Source of the DNA: Dehalococcoidales bacterium
GTDB lineage: Bacteria; Chloroflexota; Dehalococcoidia; E44-bin15
Assembly: GCA_012974295.1 (NCBI GenBank)
Contig: JAAXQM010000016.1
Coordinates: 121 to 64,120 of the forward strand
Direction: 5' to 3'
DNA length: 64,000 nt
The notes under the pieces were generated by a model. That model was not told the origin of the DNA. It saw nothing but the letters and a program-made list of their open reading frames with translations, and searched no databases. Numbering within the stretch: position 1 is the first letter of the stretch; each line of letters starts with the position of its first letter. The position numbers were made by a program, and so were the translations under genes. Positions 55,175 to 64,000 of this stretch are shown one piece after another.

Positions 55175-56737
55175 ATGCGCGTTCTTCTCATGAGCACTCC
55201 TTATCCCCTTGAAGAAAACCCTATCCCCCCCCTCTCTCTAAGCTACCTGGCCGCAGTACTACAAAGTGAAGGTATTGAGGTACAGATCCTAGACCTTCTG
55301 GTGTCCCAGCACTCAGCCCGCAAAATCAGGGATAAGCTTATGGAATATCAACCCCAAATGGTCGGCGCTACCTGCGTAACCCTGAATTCTACTAGTGCTA
55401 CCAGAAACCTGAAGATATGCAAGGATTTTGATCCCGGCATTGTTACCATGTTAGGTGGCCCGCATGCCAGCTTCGCCATCAAGGAAACTCTCCTTCGATC
55501 CCGCTGGATCGATGTGGTAATCATCGGGGAGGGAGAGCGGACAATAGTTGAGCTGGCAAGGACGCTAGAGAAAGGCAAAGACATCCAGCAGGTAAAGGGG
55601 ATTGCCTTCCGTGAAGATAACAGGGTGGAAAAAACTGAGCCCCGCCCCCTTATCGAGGATCTGAACGAGCTTCCCATCCCGGCACGCCACCTCTTGCCCC
55701 TCTCTAAATACCGTGCTATCGATGCGCCCTGCACGATAATCACCAGCAGGGGCTGTCCCTATAAGTGCATCTTCTGTTCGGGCCCCCGGCTCTTCGGGCG
55801 GCGCGTTCGTTTCCGCGACCCTATACTGGTGGTAGATGAGATAGAGCAGATCCATAAAGTGTTCGGTTTCAACAAGTTAAATATCGTCGATGACACTTTC
55901 ACCCTCAACCACCGCCATGCACACACGGTGTGCGATGAAATCATGAGGCGCAACTTGAAGTTCGAGTGGAATGTCTTCGCCCGTGCCGACACAGTAACGA
56001 CCGATATATTAAAGAAAATGAAACAGGCCGGCTGTTCCTGGCTACTCTATGGCGCTGAGTCAGCCTCTCCCGAGATTTTAAAGACCATTAAGAAGGGAAC
56101 AACACCGGAGGATATCAGAAGAGGTACAAAGTTATCCACCGAGGCCGGGATCGGGGTCTTTAACTCCTTCATCTTCGGTCTGCCTGGCGAAAGCCCCGAG
56201 ACCGCACGCCTGTCGCTGGATTTTGCAGCGGAGCTTAACCGGGACTACGATGCCAAATATGGTTTCCACCTGCTCTCCCCTCTGCCCGGAACGGAGCTCT
56301 ATGAGAGACCTAAAGACTATGGCCTGCGTATCCTTTCCCGAAACTGGGCAAAGTATGACGCCAACGAACCGATTACCGAGACTCCTACCATGAGCCCGCA
56401 AATGGTCATGGAGCATATGGCCGATTACGACCGAATAATTACCTATGTCTGGCAGGAGATAGAGCGCAAGGCTGCCGAGGGCGACCCGACCTGTGCGGAA
56501 CAGATGAGGCAAAAAGCGAGCAAGGAGTTCATCTGGAGGGTCCTAAAGGGTGATGTCATTGAACGGCTGGGGCGGATGAAGGATGGAGCCGATCCAGAGG
56601 GACTTCTTGCGCAGAAAGTATCGCGCAAAATGGGCGTCCCGTTAGATTTTGCTGAGCAGGAGATGGGGAAATTGGTCCAGATGGGGCTTCTTAAGCGCGA
56701 GTCGGTAAATGGAAAATCATCGTGGCTGTGGAGTTAG
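55175..56737 (+). CDS. B12-binding domain radical SAM protein
   Basis: PPLSLSYLAA, GGPHAS, GEGE, SRGCPYKCIFC, FGLPGE, PLPGT. Confidence 0.95.
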   Translation: MRVLLMSTPYPLEENPIPPLSLSYLAAVLQSEGIEVQILDLLVSQHSARKIRDKLMEYQPQMVGATCVTLNSTSATRNLKICKDFDPGIVTMLGGPHASFAIKETLLRSRWIDVVIIGEGERTIVELARTLEKGKDIQQVKGIAFREDNRVEKTEPRPLIEDLNELPIPARHLLPLSKYRAIDAPCTIITSRGCPYKCIFCSGPRLFGRRVRFRDPILVVDEIEQIHKVFGFNKLNIVDDTFTLNHRHAHTVCDEIMRRNLKFEWNVFARADTVTTDILKKMKQAGCSWLLYGAESASPEILKTIKKGTTPEDIRRGTKLSTEAGIGVFNSFIFGLPGESPETARLSLDFAAELNRDYDAKYGFHLLSPLPGTELYERPKDYGLRILSRNWAKYDANEPITETPTMSPQMVMEHMADYDRIITYVWQEIERKAAEGDPTCAEQMRQKASKEFIWRVLKGDVIERLGRMKDGADPEGLLAQKVSRKMGVPLDFAEQEMGKLVQMGLLKRESVNGKSSWLWS

Positions 56738-56837
56738 AAGACAGCGAAGCACTGCCATGCTACTCGCCCGGTAGCTCGTTGAGGCCCTCTTTAATAGAAC
56801 CCGGGTACCAGCATAACCATCCAATAAGAAAGTCCAG

Positions 56838-56866
56838 TTGCCTTTATGCTAGAATTGTAGTATAAT
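56838..56866 (+). promoter_or_regulatory. sigma70-type promoter
   Basis: TTGCCT-17nt-TATAAT, followed by an AGGAGG SD. Confidence 0.7.
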
Positions 56867-56886
56867 TACTGTTCAGGAGGCGAGGT

Positions 56887-57168
56887 ATGACTCTGGCAGA
56901 ATTGGCCGATCTATTTTTTATCATCTTTGCCGTAGTTTACATCGGTGCCGCGATATTCTTCGTTGTCATATCTTTCCTTATTTTCCGCAGGATTCGAGAC
57001 ATCCTTGATTCAAGTCAGACCATAGCCGCAAACATTCGTATCATCACCTCCGCCATAACTGAGGACCTCATTAAGCCTCTGGCCAGCATTGCCAGCGTCG
57101 TGCAGGGGATATCTAAGGTCCTGGATTTCATCTCTGATAGGAGAAAAGATAGGAGGAAAGGTGGCTGA
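56887..57168 (+). CDS. Small single-TM protein (DUF948/YtxG-like)
   Basis: TM helix followed by an amphipathic helix; overlaps a YtxH-like gene. Confidence 0.7.
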   Translation: MTLAELADLFFIIFAVVYIGAAIFFVVISFLIFRRIRDILDSSQTIAANIRIITSAITEDLIKPLASIASVVQGISKVLDFISDRRKDRRKGG

Positions 57169-57442
57169 AGAAAATAATGGGCACGGCTTTCTCACCGGAC
57201 TGATCATCGGAGGAGTCATCGGTACGGCACTCACTTTCTGGCTGATAGAGCGGACGGGCCAGCGGGGGCGGCGAGGTATAGGAGGCGGTAGCAGGGCAGG
57301 TGATCTTGCCACCTCTATTAAGGATGAGGTTTCTACCAGAGTAAAGGACTTTTTGAAGCATACTCTTGAAGAGGGAAGTGATGCCGCTCGTAAGACCCGC
57401 TCAAACCTTGAGGAAAGGTTGAAGCGGGAGAGCGAAGAATAG
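57161..57442 (+). CDS. YtxH-like protein
   Basis: GTG start after AGGAGG; GFLTGLIIGGVIG followed by a charged helix. Confidence 0.72.
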   Translation: MAEENNGHGFLTGLIIGGVIGTALTFWLIERTGQRGRRGIGGGSRAGDLATSIKDEVSTRVKDFLKHTLEEGSDAARKTRSNLEERLKRESEE

Positions 57443-57468
57443 TTAACGGTTTAGGGACATTGTTATAG

Positions 57469-57496
57469 AAAAGGGAAGCGACGCTTCCCTTTTTTT
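57469..57496. terminator. Bidirectional intrinsic terminator
   Basis: AAAAGGGAAGCG-a-CGCTTCCCTTTTTTT between convergent genes. Confidence 0.85.
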
Positions 57497-57498
57497 CA

Positions 57499-58326
57499 TT
57501 ATGCCGTATATCTTGGGTAGGAGCCAAAGACTTTGAAGAGAGATGTCACCTCGCGTACCTGCTTAAGCACCTCGCTGACCAGAGAATCATCGTGATGCCC
57601 CTCAATGTCAATGAGAAAGATATACCTCCCCAAGCTCTCCTTGGAGGGACGGGATTCTATCTTTGCCAGGTTGATGTTTCGCTCTGCGAACTTCTGTAGC
57701 ACCTCGCAGAGCACTCCCGGACGATCATCAGCAAAGGAAAAACACAGGGATGTCTTATCGGAGCCTGTTGGGGGGTGATCTGTCAAGGCGAGAACAACAA
57801 ACCGGGTGACATTAGAGGCCTTATCCTGAATGCCTCTAGCCAGGATCTCTGCGCTATAAATCTCGGCCGCTCTCCTCGTGCCGATCGCAGCAGCAGGATG
57901 GGTCGAGACCATCATTTCTTCCACGGCGGCAGCGTTGGAGAGGGCAGCCACCACATTCACTTTAGGAAAACAGCGTTCTATGACATTGCGGCATTGCCCC
58001 AGTGCCTGGGGATGGGAGTAGAGTACCTTCACCCCTCCCGCCTCGGTCCCCGGTTTGACCAGGAGGTAATGCTCAATGGGTAGTACCAGTTCCTTCCTAA
58101 TAAACACCCCAGACTCATGTATCAATAGATCCAGGGTATCGGTTACCGAACCTTCAAGGCTATTTTCAATGGCTACAACGCCCTCTTCAGCCATCCCCGA
58201 GACAACAGCAACCGCCACTGCTGGGATGCTGGGAAAGGGGATTAGTTGGGCTGTTTTATCATGTAGAAGCGCCGCATCCTCGGTGAAAGTTCCCTGGGGC
58301 CCGAGATATGCAATCCTCTTTGCCAT
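57499..58326 (-). CDS. pheA: Prephenate dehydratase
   Basis: AYLGPQGTFT, IENSLEGSV, SHPQALGQC, NVTRF, KIESRP, GSYP. Confidence 0.97.
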   Translation of the reverse strand: MAKRIAYLGPQGTFTEDAALLHDKTAQLIPFPSIPAVAVAVVSGMAEEGVVAIENSLEGSVTDTLDLLIHESGVFIRKELVLPIEHYLLVKPGTEAGGVKVLYSHPQALGQCRNVIERCFPKVNVVAALSNAAAVEEMMVSTHPAAAIGTRRAAEIYSAEILARGIQDKASNVTRFVVLALTDHPPTGSDKTSLCFSFADDRPGVLCEVLQKFAERNINLAKIESRPSKESLGRYIFLIDIEGHHDDSLVSEVLKQVREVTSLFKVFGSYPRYTA

Positions 58327-58328
58327 AC

Positions 58329-58988
58329 CTACTCAGTGAGCGCTGCCCGCAGCGCCGCTTCCGCCTCTGGACTCGTTACGGCAACTAATTGAGAATCTGC
58401 CTCCAAACGGGTATCGTCCGTTGGTACCCGTGCTCCCCATTTCCCTATTATGAGGCATACTACGCTGTTGGGAGGGAGAACGATATCTTTCATAGGTTTG
58501 CCGACCTTTGAGGAAGTTGGGGGAATCTTCACCTCAACGATCTCCAAAGCTCCTCCCTTGAGGGTTAGCAGATGCATTAGGGGATGAGTAGGTACCTCCT
58601 TCTCTATATGCTCCAGTATAAGATTTGTGCTGCTTACTGTGACATCGACTCCCAGCTTCTTAAATAGCTCTTCATTTTTTGGGTTATTGATTCGCGCGAT
58701 GGTACGTGGTACCTTGAACTTATGTCTTGCCACCTGACAAGAAACAAGATTATCTTCATCCTCATTGGTTGCCGCAATGAACATGTCCGCCCGTTCCGTC
58801 CCCACCTCCGTCAGGGTTCGCGCCTCGCAGCCATCACCACGCACTACGACGCTCCCCAGTTGATCGCAGATAGCCCCACACTTCGCCGGGTCCTTCTCCA
58901 AGACCAACACCTCATGCCCCTCACTTAACAGAGCCTGGGAGAGGTAATAACCCACCTTCCCTCCACCGACAATGATAATATACATCAA
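58329..58988 (-). CDS. trkA: TrkA/KtrA family RCK protein (RCK_N + RCK_C)
   Basis: IIVGGGKVG, GDGCE, DEDNLV, IARINNP. Confidence 0.9.
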   Translation of the reverse strand: MMYIIIVGGGKVGYYLSQALLSEGHEVLVLEKDPAKCGAICDQLGSVVVRGDGCEARTLTEVGTERADMFIAATNEDEDNLVSCQVARHKFKVPRTIARINNPKNEELFKKLGVDVTVSSTNLILEHIEKEVPTHPLMHLLTLKGGALEIVEVKIPPTSSKVGKPMKDIVLPPNSVVCLIIGKWGARVPTDDTRLEADSQLVAVTSPEAEAALRAALTE

Positions 58989-58995
58989 GGCCCCC

Positions 58996-59394
58996 TTAGC
59001 CCACTACTTTATCTCGCAGGAGTTTTGCCCCTACCATAGTAGGGCTTATGGTTTCCAGACCCAGGGTTTGATACATCTCCTCACGGAGGGGATCATATAT
59101 ACGACAAATCACCCTGGGTACATTATACATATGCTTCGCTATCTGAGCGGCCATCACGTTGCGATTGTCCCCCTGGGTTACAGCGATGAATGCATCAGCC
59201 TCCTCGATTCCCGCTTTCTTCAGGTAATCCTCATCGGTACCATCGCCCACTAATGGTTTGCCTTTGAAGGATGCGGGAAGACGGCGAAAGCTATATGTAT
59301 CGCTGTCCACCACGGTAACCTCATGTCCATCTTCATCCAACATCCCCGCTAATTGAGCACCTACTCTACCGCACCCCATGATCACTATCTTCAT
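58996..59394 (-). CDS. TrkA family protein (RCK_N only)
   Basis: IMGCGRVG, GDGTD, TQGDNRN, RIYDPLR; 132 aa. Confidence 0.9.
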   Translation of the reverse strand: MKIVIMGCGRVGAQLAGMLDEDGHEVTVVDSDTYSFRRLPASFKGKPLVGDGTDEDYLKKAGIEEADAFIAVTQGDNRNVMAAQIAKHMYNVPRVICRIYDPLREEMYQTLGLETISPTMVGAKLLRDKVVG

Positions 59395-59825
59395 TGTTCA
59401 GCCTCCTCCATTGGCCCCCTCCAAAGCAATACCGGACACGGGGCGTTCCGCAGTACATAGGGTGCAACATCCCCCATGGCGAACTCACCGAAGCGCTTCT
59501 TATATTCTACACCCATGATGATCATATCCACGCCACGCTCCACTGCCTCATCCACTATGGCAGGTCCGGTCTCCCGCGCTTGGAGGATCTCCGTCTCTAC
59601 CTTACAATCCATCACATCGGCGATCTTCTCCGCATTAGTAAGCACGCTTTCCCCACTTTGGGTCTCCTCTTCGACTTCCGCGTCCAAAGGAAGTGCACGG
59701 CTTACCTCAATCACGTGGACTACGTAGACCTTTCCCTTACTTTTCCGGGAAAGGACACAGGCGGTCCTGACAATATCGTCATCCGCTTTCTTCCCGGTTA
59801 CCGGCACCAGAAATTTTTTGTACAT
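59391..59825 (-). CDS. Universal stress protein
   Basis: FLVPVTG, VHVIEV, AIVDEA, VLRNAPCPV. Confidence 0.92.
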   Translation of the reverse strand: MYKKFLVPVTGKKADDDIVRTACVLSRKSKGKVYVVHVIEVSRALPLDAEVEEETQSGESVLTNAEKIADVMDCKVETEILQARETGPAIVDEAVERGVDMIIMGVEYKKRFGEFAMGDVAPYVLRNAPCPVLLWRGPMEEAEQ

Positions 59826-59863
59826 TACGCCCTCACTCCTGTAACGCGTACTCCGAAATGCCT

Positions 59864-59892
59864 ATTATAAACGGTGCCTTGAAATCATGCAA
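59864..59892 (-). promoter_or_regulatory. sigma70-type promoter for usp-trkA-trkA-pheA
   Basis: TTGCAT-17nt-TATAAT. Confidence 0.72.
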
Positions 59893-59909
59893 TAGCGTCT
59901 CGATGATTG

Positions 59910-60539
59910 TCAACCTACCTCCTCCCGCTTCTTAATCTGAACATCGATAAGCCTATCGGTAGTCTCCTTAAGAAGCTCCAGTTCCTCTAATGACAGGTCA
60001 TCCAACCTCTCCAGGTTATATTCTACTGTTGAGACGATCTGTTTCAATGTTCCCTCTTTGCGGCGGGCGAAGTAGACGGTTACACTGGCTACGATCGTGC
60101 CCCAGAAGAGCATGACTCCGAACATGGCCCATATCCCCCCAATTAACTCCCCTGCTGTGGTTATCGGTTTAAAGGGTGTACCCATAGTCTCGACAGCGGC
60201 CATAGTCCACCACAGCGCCTGCCCATAAGAGGATACATCGGGATTGGCAGTATGCTCGGCAAAGTAAAAAGCAGCACTAAATAGCAACCACAGGACGGTA
60301 AGAATCGAAAGCATAGGGACAAAAGGAGTCTGCGTAATTATGATCCGAAGGAATTTCATGCCCGCCGGGACATTGGGTGCAATTCTCAGCCTTCTCCTGG
60401 GTTGCCTCTTTCTGCGTAGCACTTCATGCCCGGGTCGCGTCTTGGATACCTTCTCGAAAGGCTTTTCATCTCCCATTAATAAGTACCCCCATGTATTATC
60501 ATCGGGCGGAATTGTACTCTGGTCTTTGCCCCTTGTCAA
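59910..60539 (-). CDS. Two-TM (KcsA-like, Ion_trans_2) channel with atypical filter; start uncertain
   Basis: TM1-FYFAEH..NPDVSSYGQALWW-pore helix-ETMGTPFKPITTAG-TM2, then a coiled coil. Confidence 0.8.
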   Translation of the reverse strand: MTRGKDQSTIPPDDNTWGYLLMGDEKPFEKVSKTRPGHEVLRRKRQPRRRLRIAPNVPAGMKFLRIIITQTPFVPMLSILTVLWLLFSAAFYFAEHTANPDVSSYGQALWWTMAAVETMGTPFKPITTAGELIGGIWAMFGVMLFWGTIVASVTVYFARRKEGTLKQIVSTVEYNLERLDDLSLEELELLKETTDRLIDVQIKKREEVG

Positions 60540-60616
60540 TGGGCCAGCGAATAATACCTTGCTAAATATAAAAGGCGAGAGTAGAATATTTATGCGAAAG
60601 ACTGTTGGAGGGCGGC

Positions 60617-61498
60617 ATGGACAAAGGGACTTGGACGATAAAAGCGGGTCTCGCTCAGATGCTCAAAGGCGGCGTAATTATGGATGTCGTCACCCCTGAG
60701 CATGCCAAGATTGCGGAGGAAGCGGGAGCCTGTGCTGTAATGGCCTTGGAGCGTGTACCTGCGGATATTCGAGCAGCCGGAGGGGTCGCCCGCATGGCAG
60801 ACCCCACTGTGATCTTGGCTATCATGGAGGCAGTTTCCATCCCGGTGATGGCTAAATGCCGTATCGGTCACTTTGTGGAGGCTCAAGCTCTTGAGGCCCT
60901 TGGTGTAGACTATATCGATGAATCTGAGGTGCTAACCCCGGCCGATGAAAACCATCATATTTGGAAGCACGATTTCAAGGTTCCCTTCGTCTGTGGCTGC
61001 CGTGACCTCGGTGAGGCGCTGAGGCGGGTAGCTGAGGGGGCAGCGATGATCAGGACCAAGGGAGAGGCAGGTACGGGTAATATTGTGGAAGCGGTGAGGC
61101 ACATGAGGGCGGTTATGGACGAGATCCGCAAACTGAGCAGCATGACCACCGACGAGCTCGTCGCCGAGGCTAAAGCCCTGGGTGCCCCACTGGAGCAGGT
61201 AATTAAGGTGCAAAAAACGGGAAGGTTGCCGGTAGTAAACTTCGCCGCCGGCGGTATCGCTTCCCCTGCGGACGCAGCATTAATGATGCAACTGGGAGCG
61301 GAGGGCGTATTCGTGGGATCAGGTATCTTCAAGTCAAGTGACCCGGAAGCGATGGGCAGGGCTATTGTTAAAGCCACCACCCATTATCGCGACCCGGCAA
61401 TAATCGCAGATGTCTCCAAAGGCCTCGGCGTAGCAATGCCAGGTCTTGATATAAGCACTATACCGGAGAAGAATCTACTGTCCACCAGGGGCTGGTAA
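60617..61498 (+). CDS. pdxS: PLP synthase subunit PdxS
   Basis: [43 protein letters not shown]. Confidence 0.99.
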   Translation: MDKGTWTIKAGLAQMLKGGVIMDVVTPEHAKIAEEAGACAVMALERVPADIRAAGGVARMADPTVILAIMEAVSIPVMAKCRIGHFVEAQALEALGVDYIDESEVLTPADENHHIWKHDFKVPFVCGCRDLGEALRRVAEGAAMIRTKGEAGTGNIVEAVRHMRAVMDEIRKLSSMTTDELVAEAKALGAPLEQVIKVQKTGRLPVVNFAAGGIASPADAALMMQLGAEGVFVGSGIFKSSDPEAMGRAIVKATTHYRDPAIIADVSKGLGVAMPGLDISTIPEKNLLSTRGW

Positions 61499-61559
61499 CG
61501 GGTAAGAAGGCGCTGATATAGAGCATCAGGATATTACCAAGTATGCCTTTAATTAAGGA

Positions 61560-61681
61560 GAGCTTGCTGAAAAAGAGGTGCAGGATACTTCCTGCCGGGG
61601 GTCTGGGGGTATCCCCCAGCTTAAAAAGGTCCCCCAAGATTGGGGGATTAGGGGGTTGATTGAGACTATTTCAGCAGTCTC
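61560..61681 (-). mobile_element. MITE-like dispersed repeat, copy 4 (best conserved; AAGGA duplicated on both sides)
   Basis: Reverse complement reads GAGACTGCTGAAATAGTCTCAATCAACCCCC...TTTCAGCAAGCTC; AAGGA at 61555-61559 and 61682-61686. Confidence 0.85.
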
Positions 61682-61692
61682 AAGGAGATAGC

Positions 61693-62283
61693 GTGAAGAA
61701 AATTGGTGTGCTCGCACTTCAGGGTGCCTTTATGGAGCACATTACCCTTTTACTCAGTCTCGGTGTAGAGGCTTCCCCTATTCGCCTGCCCCGTGAGCTT
61801 GAAGGCCTTGACGGGCTCATTATCCCCGGTGGGGAGAGCACCACAATAAGCAGGTTGATGAGGGAATATGCTTTATCGGCACCCCTTCGCGATCTTTGTA
61901 ACGATGGCTTCCCCATAATGGGCACCTGCGCTGGCATGATCCTCTTAGCAAGGAAGGTAGCACATATTAATGGTATTCAGCCTCTGGAAGCAATGGATAT
62001 CGAGGTAAGACGAAACGCTTTCGGACGGCAGGTGGATAGTTTTGAGACCGAACTCAAGATACCTGTTATTGGTGAACCATCATTCCACAGCGTGTTCATT
62101 CGGGCACCCTATATCGAGCGGGCCGGTGAAGGCGTGGAAGTACTGGCACGGCTTTATGATGGTACAGGCGTAGCTGCAAGACAGGGGAATATGCTCGCTC
62201 TGGCATTCCATCCTGAACTGACTGATGATCCCAGGCTACACTCGTACTTCCTCAGTATCGTCAACGGTGATGCAAAGCGATGA
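61693..62283 (+). CDS. pdxT: PLP synthase glutaminase subunit PdxT
   Basis: IGVLALQG, PGGESTT, GTCAG, RNAFGRQ, FHPE; GTG start after AAGGAG. Confidence 0.98.
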   Translation: MKKIGVLALQGAFMEHITLLLSLGVEASPIRLPRELEGLDGLIIPGGESTTISRLMREYALSAPLRDLCNDGFPIMGTCAGMILLARKVAHINGIQPLEAMDIEVRRNAFGRQVDSFETELKIPVIGEPSFHSVFIRAPYIERAGEGVEVLARLYDGTGVAARQGNMLALAFHPELTDDPRLHSYFLSIVNGDAKR

Positions 62284-63203
62284 TTCGATCTTTTTATCCC
62301 ACCGACCTGCTATCCTTCCTCTCCTTTTCACGGCAGGCGTCTCCCAACCAGGCTACAGGCCATGATAGCGTGGGTACGATAAACCTCTTCTCGCCGGAGG
62401 TCTTTATGGAGCAGTGGCTCCCCCTGCGTGGAAAGCGGCATACCTGGGTCTCAACAGAGGGCGATCGCTTCAGCGGCATTGCTTCGGTGAAGTCCTGCGC
62501 CACACCCACCACCTGGCAGGTCGACTATCTCCAGGCTGATGACGAAGATCGGTGCGTTGCACTCCTTGAAATGATCAACTCCGCAGCAGCGACGCACGGT
62601 ATAAGGAAGCTCCAACTGCGCCTACCCATTTCCAGCCCTTTTATCGATGGAGCCAGGCGTGCCGGCTTCTGGAGCTATGTCAGAGGTTACCTATACCGCT
62701 ATTATGGCGACCGGGTACAGCAAACAACTACCCCACCGGAACCCTATTGCTTCCGCCCTAGATCTCGCGGCGATGATTATGGACTCTTTAATCTGTATAA
62801 TGACATCGTTCCTCCAGCAGTGCGCAGAGCTGAGGGACTTACCCTGGAAGAATGGCAGGGAAACAGGGAACAGAGTTCCTGGCCGGAGCAACGCAAGGAA
62901 TTCATCCTTTACACGAAGGATAATCTGGCAGGCTGGTTGCGAATCAACGCTTCAAGAGGGCCCGGTTGCTTTAAGATCATTTCACGTGAATTGGAGGATG
63001 ATAAGCTAACTTGGCTTATTAACTATGCTCTTGTTTGCCTCAATAACAAGTCCTTGATATTCTGTATTGTTTTAGATTTCCAGTGGCAACTGAAGAGGCT
63101 TATAGTAGATTCAGGATTTGAGTCAGTGGAGGAATACGATAACTTAAATAGGGAAATCGCTATCCGGACCACGGAACCGCAACTAGTACCTATGCAAGTA
63201 TGA
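62280..63203 (+). CDS. Hypothetical protein, probable tandem GNAT-like fold
   Basis: 307 aa; two GNAT-like halves each ending in a GF motif (ARRAGF, VDSGFE). Confidence 0.65.
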   Translation: MIRSFYPTDLLSFLSFSRQASPNQATGHDSVGTINLFSPEVFMEQWLPLRGKRHTWVSTEGDRFSGIASVKSCATPTTWQVDYLQADDEDRCVALLEMINSAAATHGIRKLQLRLPISSPFIDGARRAGFWSYVRGYLYRYYGDRVQQTTTPPEPYCFRPRSRGDDYGLFNLYNDIVPPAVRRAEGLTLEEWQGNREQSSWPEQRKEFILYTKDNLAGWLRINASRGPGCFKIISRELEDDKLTWLINYALVCLNNKSLIFCIVLDFQWQLKRLIVDSGFESVEEYDNLNREIAIRTTEPQLVPMQV

Positions 63204-63211
63204 GATAAGTG

Positions 63212-64000
63212 ATGTTTAAAAGAATCACGGACGATCTCGACGCCATGCTGGAGCGTTTGCCTACCCATATCGCACAACCGCTCCGAGAGCGTGATGATCT
63301 CAGCGAGCTTCTAGAGGTGGTCATGGATCTGGGGCGCCTCCCCGAGGCTCGATATCCTGACCGTGAAATAGTGCTTAGTAACAAGGAGGTTTCAGAGGAG
63401 GATATCGAATATATTGTATCCCGTATCGCTACCTTTGGCGGGGACAACAGGGCGGGCATCGCACGCACCCTTCACCGCATCTCCGCGATCAGAAATCGTG
63501 AAGGGCGCATCGTGGGGCTTACCTGCCGCATCGGTAGAGCGGTATACGGCACCATCGGGCTCATTTCCGACCTGGTAGAGTCGGGAAAGAGCATCCTGCT
63601 ACTGGGAAGGCCCGGAGTGGGCAAGACCACCATGCTCCGCGAGGTGGCGCGCGTACTTGCAGACGACTTGAAAAAGCGCGTTGTGGTAGTCGACACCTCC
63701 AACGAGATCGCCGGCGACGGCGACATCCCCCATCCCTCTATCGGGCGCGCCCGGCGAATGCAGGTAACCTCCCCCAACCTTCAGCACGCCGTGATGATCG
63801 AGGCGGTGGAGAACCACATGCCCCAGGTCATAGTTATCGATGAGATTAGCACCGAGCTCGAGGCTCACGCAGCGCGCACCATCGCCGAGAGAGGTGTGCA
63901 GCTAATTGCCACTGCTCACGGAAATACTCTGGACAACCTCATTCTAAACCCGACACTGTCCGATCTCACAGGCGGCATCCAGACTGTAACTCTTGGGGAC
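63212..64000 (+). CDS. Ycf45/SpoIIIAA-like AAA ATPase (runs off the window end)
   Basis: Own translation: [73 protein letters not shown]. Confidence 0.93.
   Translation, partial: MFKRITDDLDAMLERLPTHIAQPLRERDDLSELLEVVMDLGRLPEARYPDREIVLSNKEVSEEDIEYIVSRIATFGGDNRAGIARTLHRISAIRNREGRIVGLTCRIGRAVYGTIGLISDLVESGKSILLLGRPGVGKTTMLREVARVLADDLKKRVVVVDTSNEIAGDGDIPHPSIGRARRMQVTSPNLQHAVMIEAVENHMPQVIVIDEISTELEAHAARTIAERGVQLIATAHGNTLDNLILNPTLSDLTGGIQTVTLGD

Noticed and set aside
61660..61692. N-terminal extension of PdxT and ORF 19972-20217
   Set aside because: Both start inside MITE copies; pdxT has a good SD before GTG 61693.

Overview
This is a gene-dense chromosomal segment. Gene content and order (ribF-tyrS-class V aminotransferase-serA-ligA-pth-TIGR00725-eno-gap, pdxST, rpsF-ssb-rpsR, split transketolase) resemble Dehalococcoidia (Chloroflexota); this taxonomic call is inference from recalled synteny. 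The window holds one tRNA-Lys(UUU) and about 70 CDS, mostly housekeeping: proBA, glyA, hom/thrC, folE, ilvE, aroH/aroF, pheA, mfd, competence genes, ABC+MFS efflux, paired CoA-transferases and a Trk/USP/channel cluster. I found no CRISPR array, prophage, integrase or transposase. Unexplained structure: (1) four copies of a ~120-bp multi-hairpin element with 13-bp terminal inverted repeats, one inserted into the pdxT ribosome-binding site with an AAGGA duplication and two bracketing the efflux cassette; (2) recurrent drifting 9-nt tandem units forming in-frame loop insertions in housekeeping proteins and filling intergenic gaps; (3) several apparent lesions (frameshifted amidohydrolase and ComEC, clipped aminotransferase, ACG at a flavodoxin start); (4) a KcsA-like channel with a non-canonical filter next to USP/TrkA genes; (5) two candidate structured 5' leaders; (6) a lipoprotein/LRR islet and several conserved-looking proteins of unknown function. 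All calls were made by eye; no searches were run.
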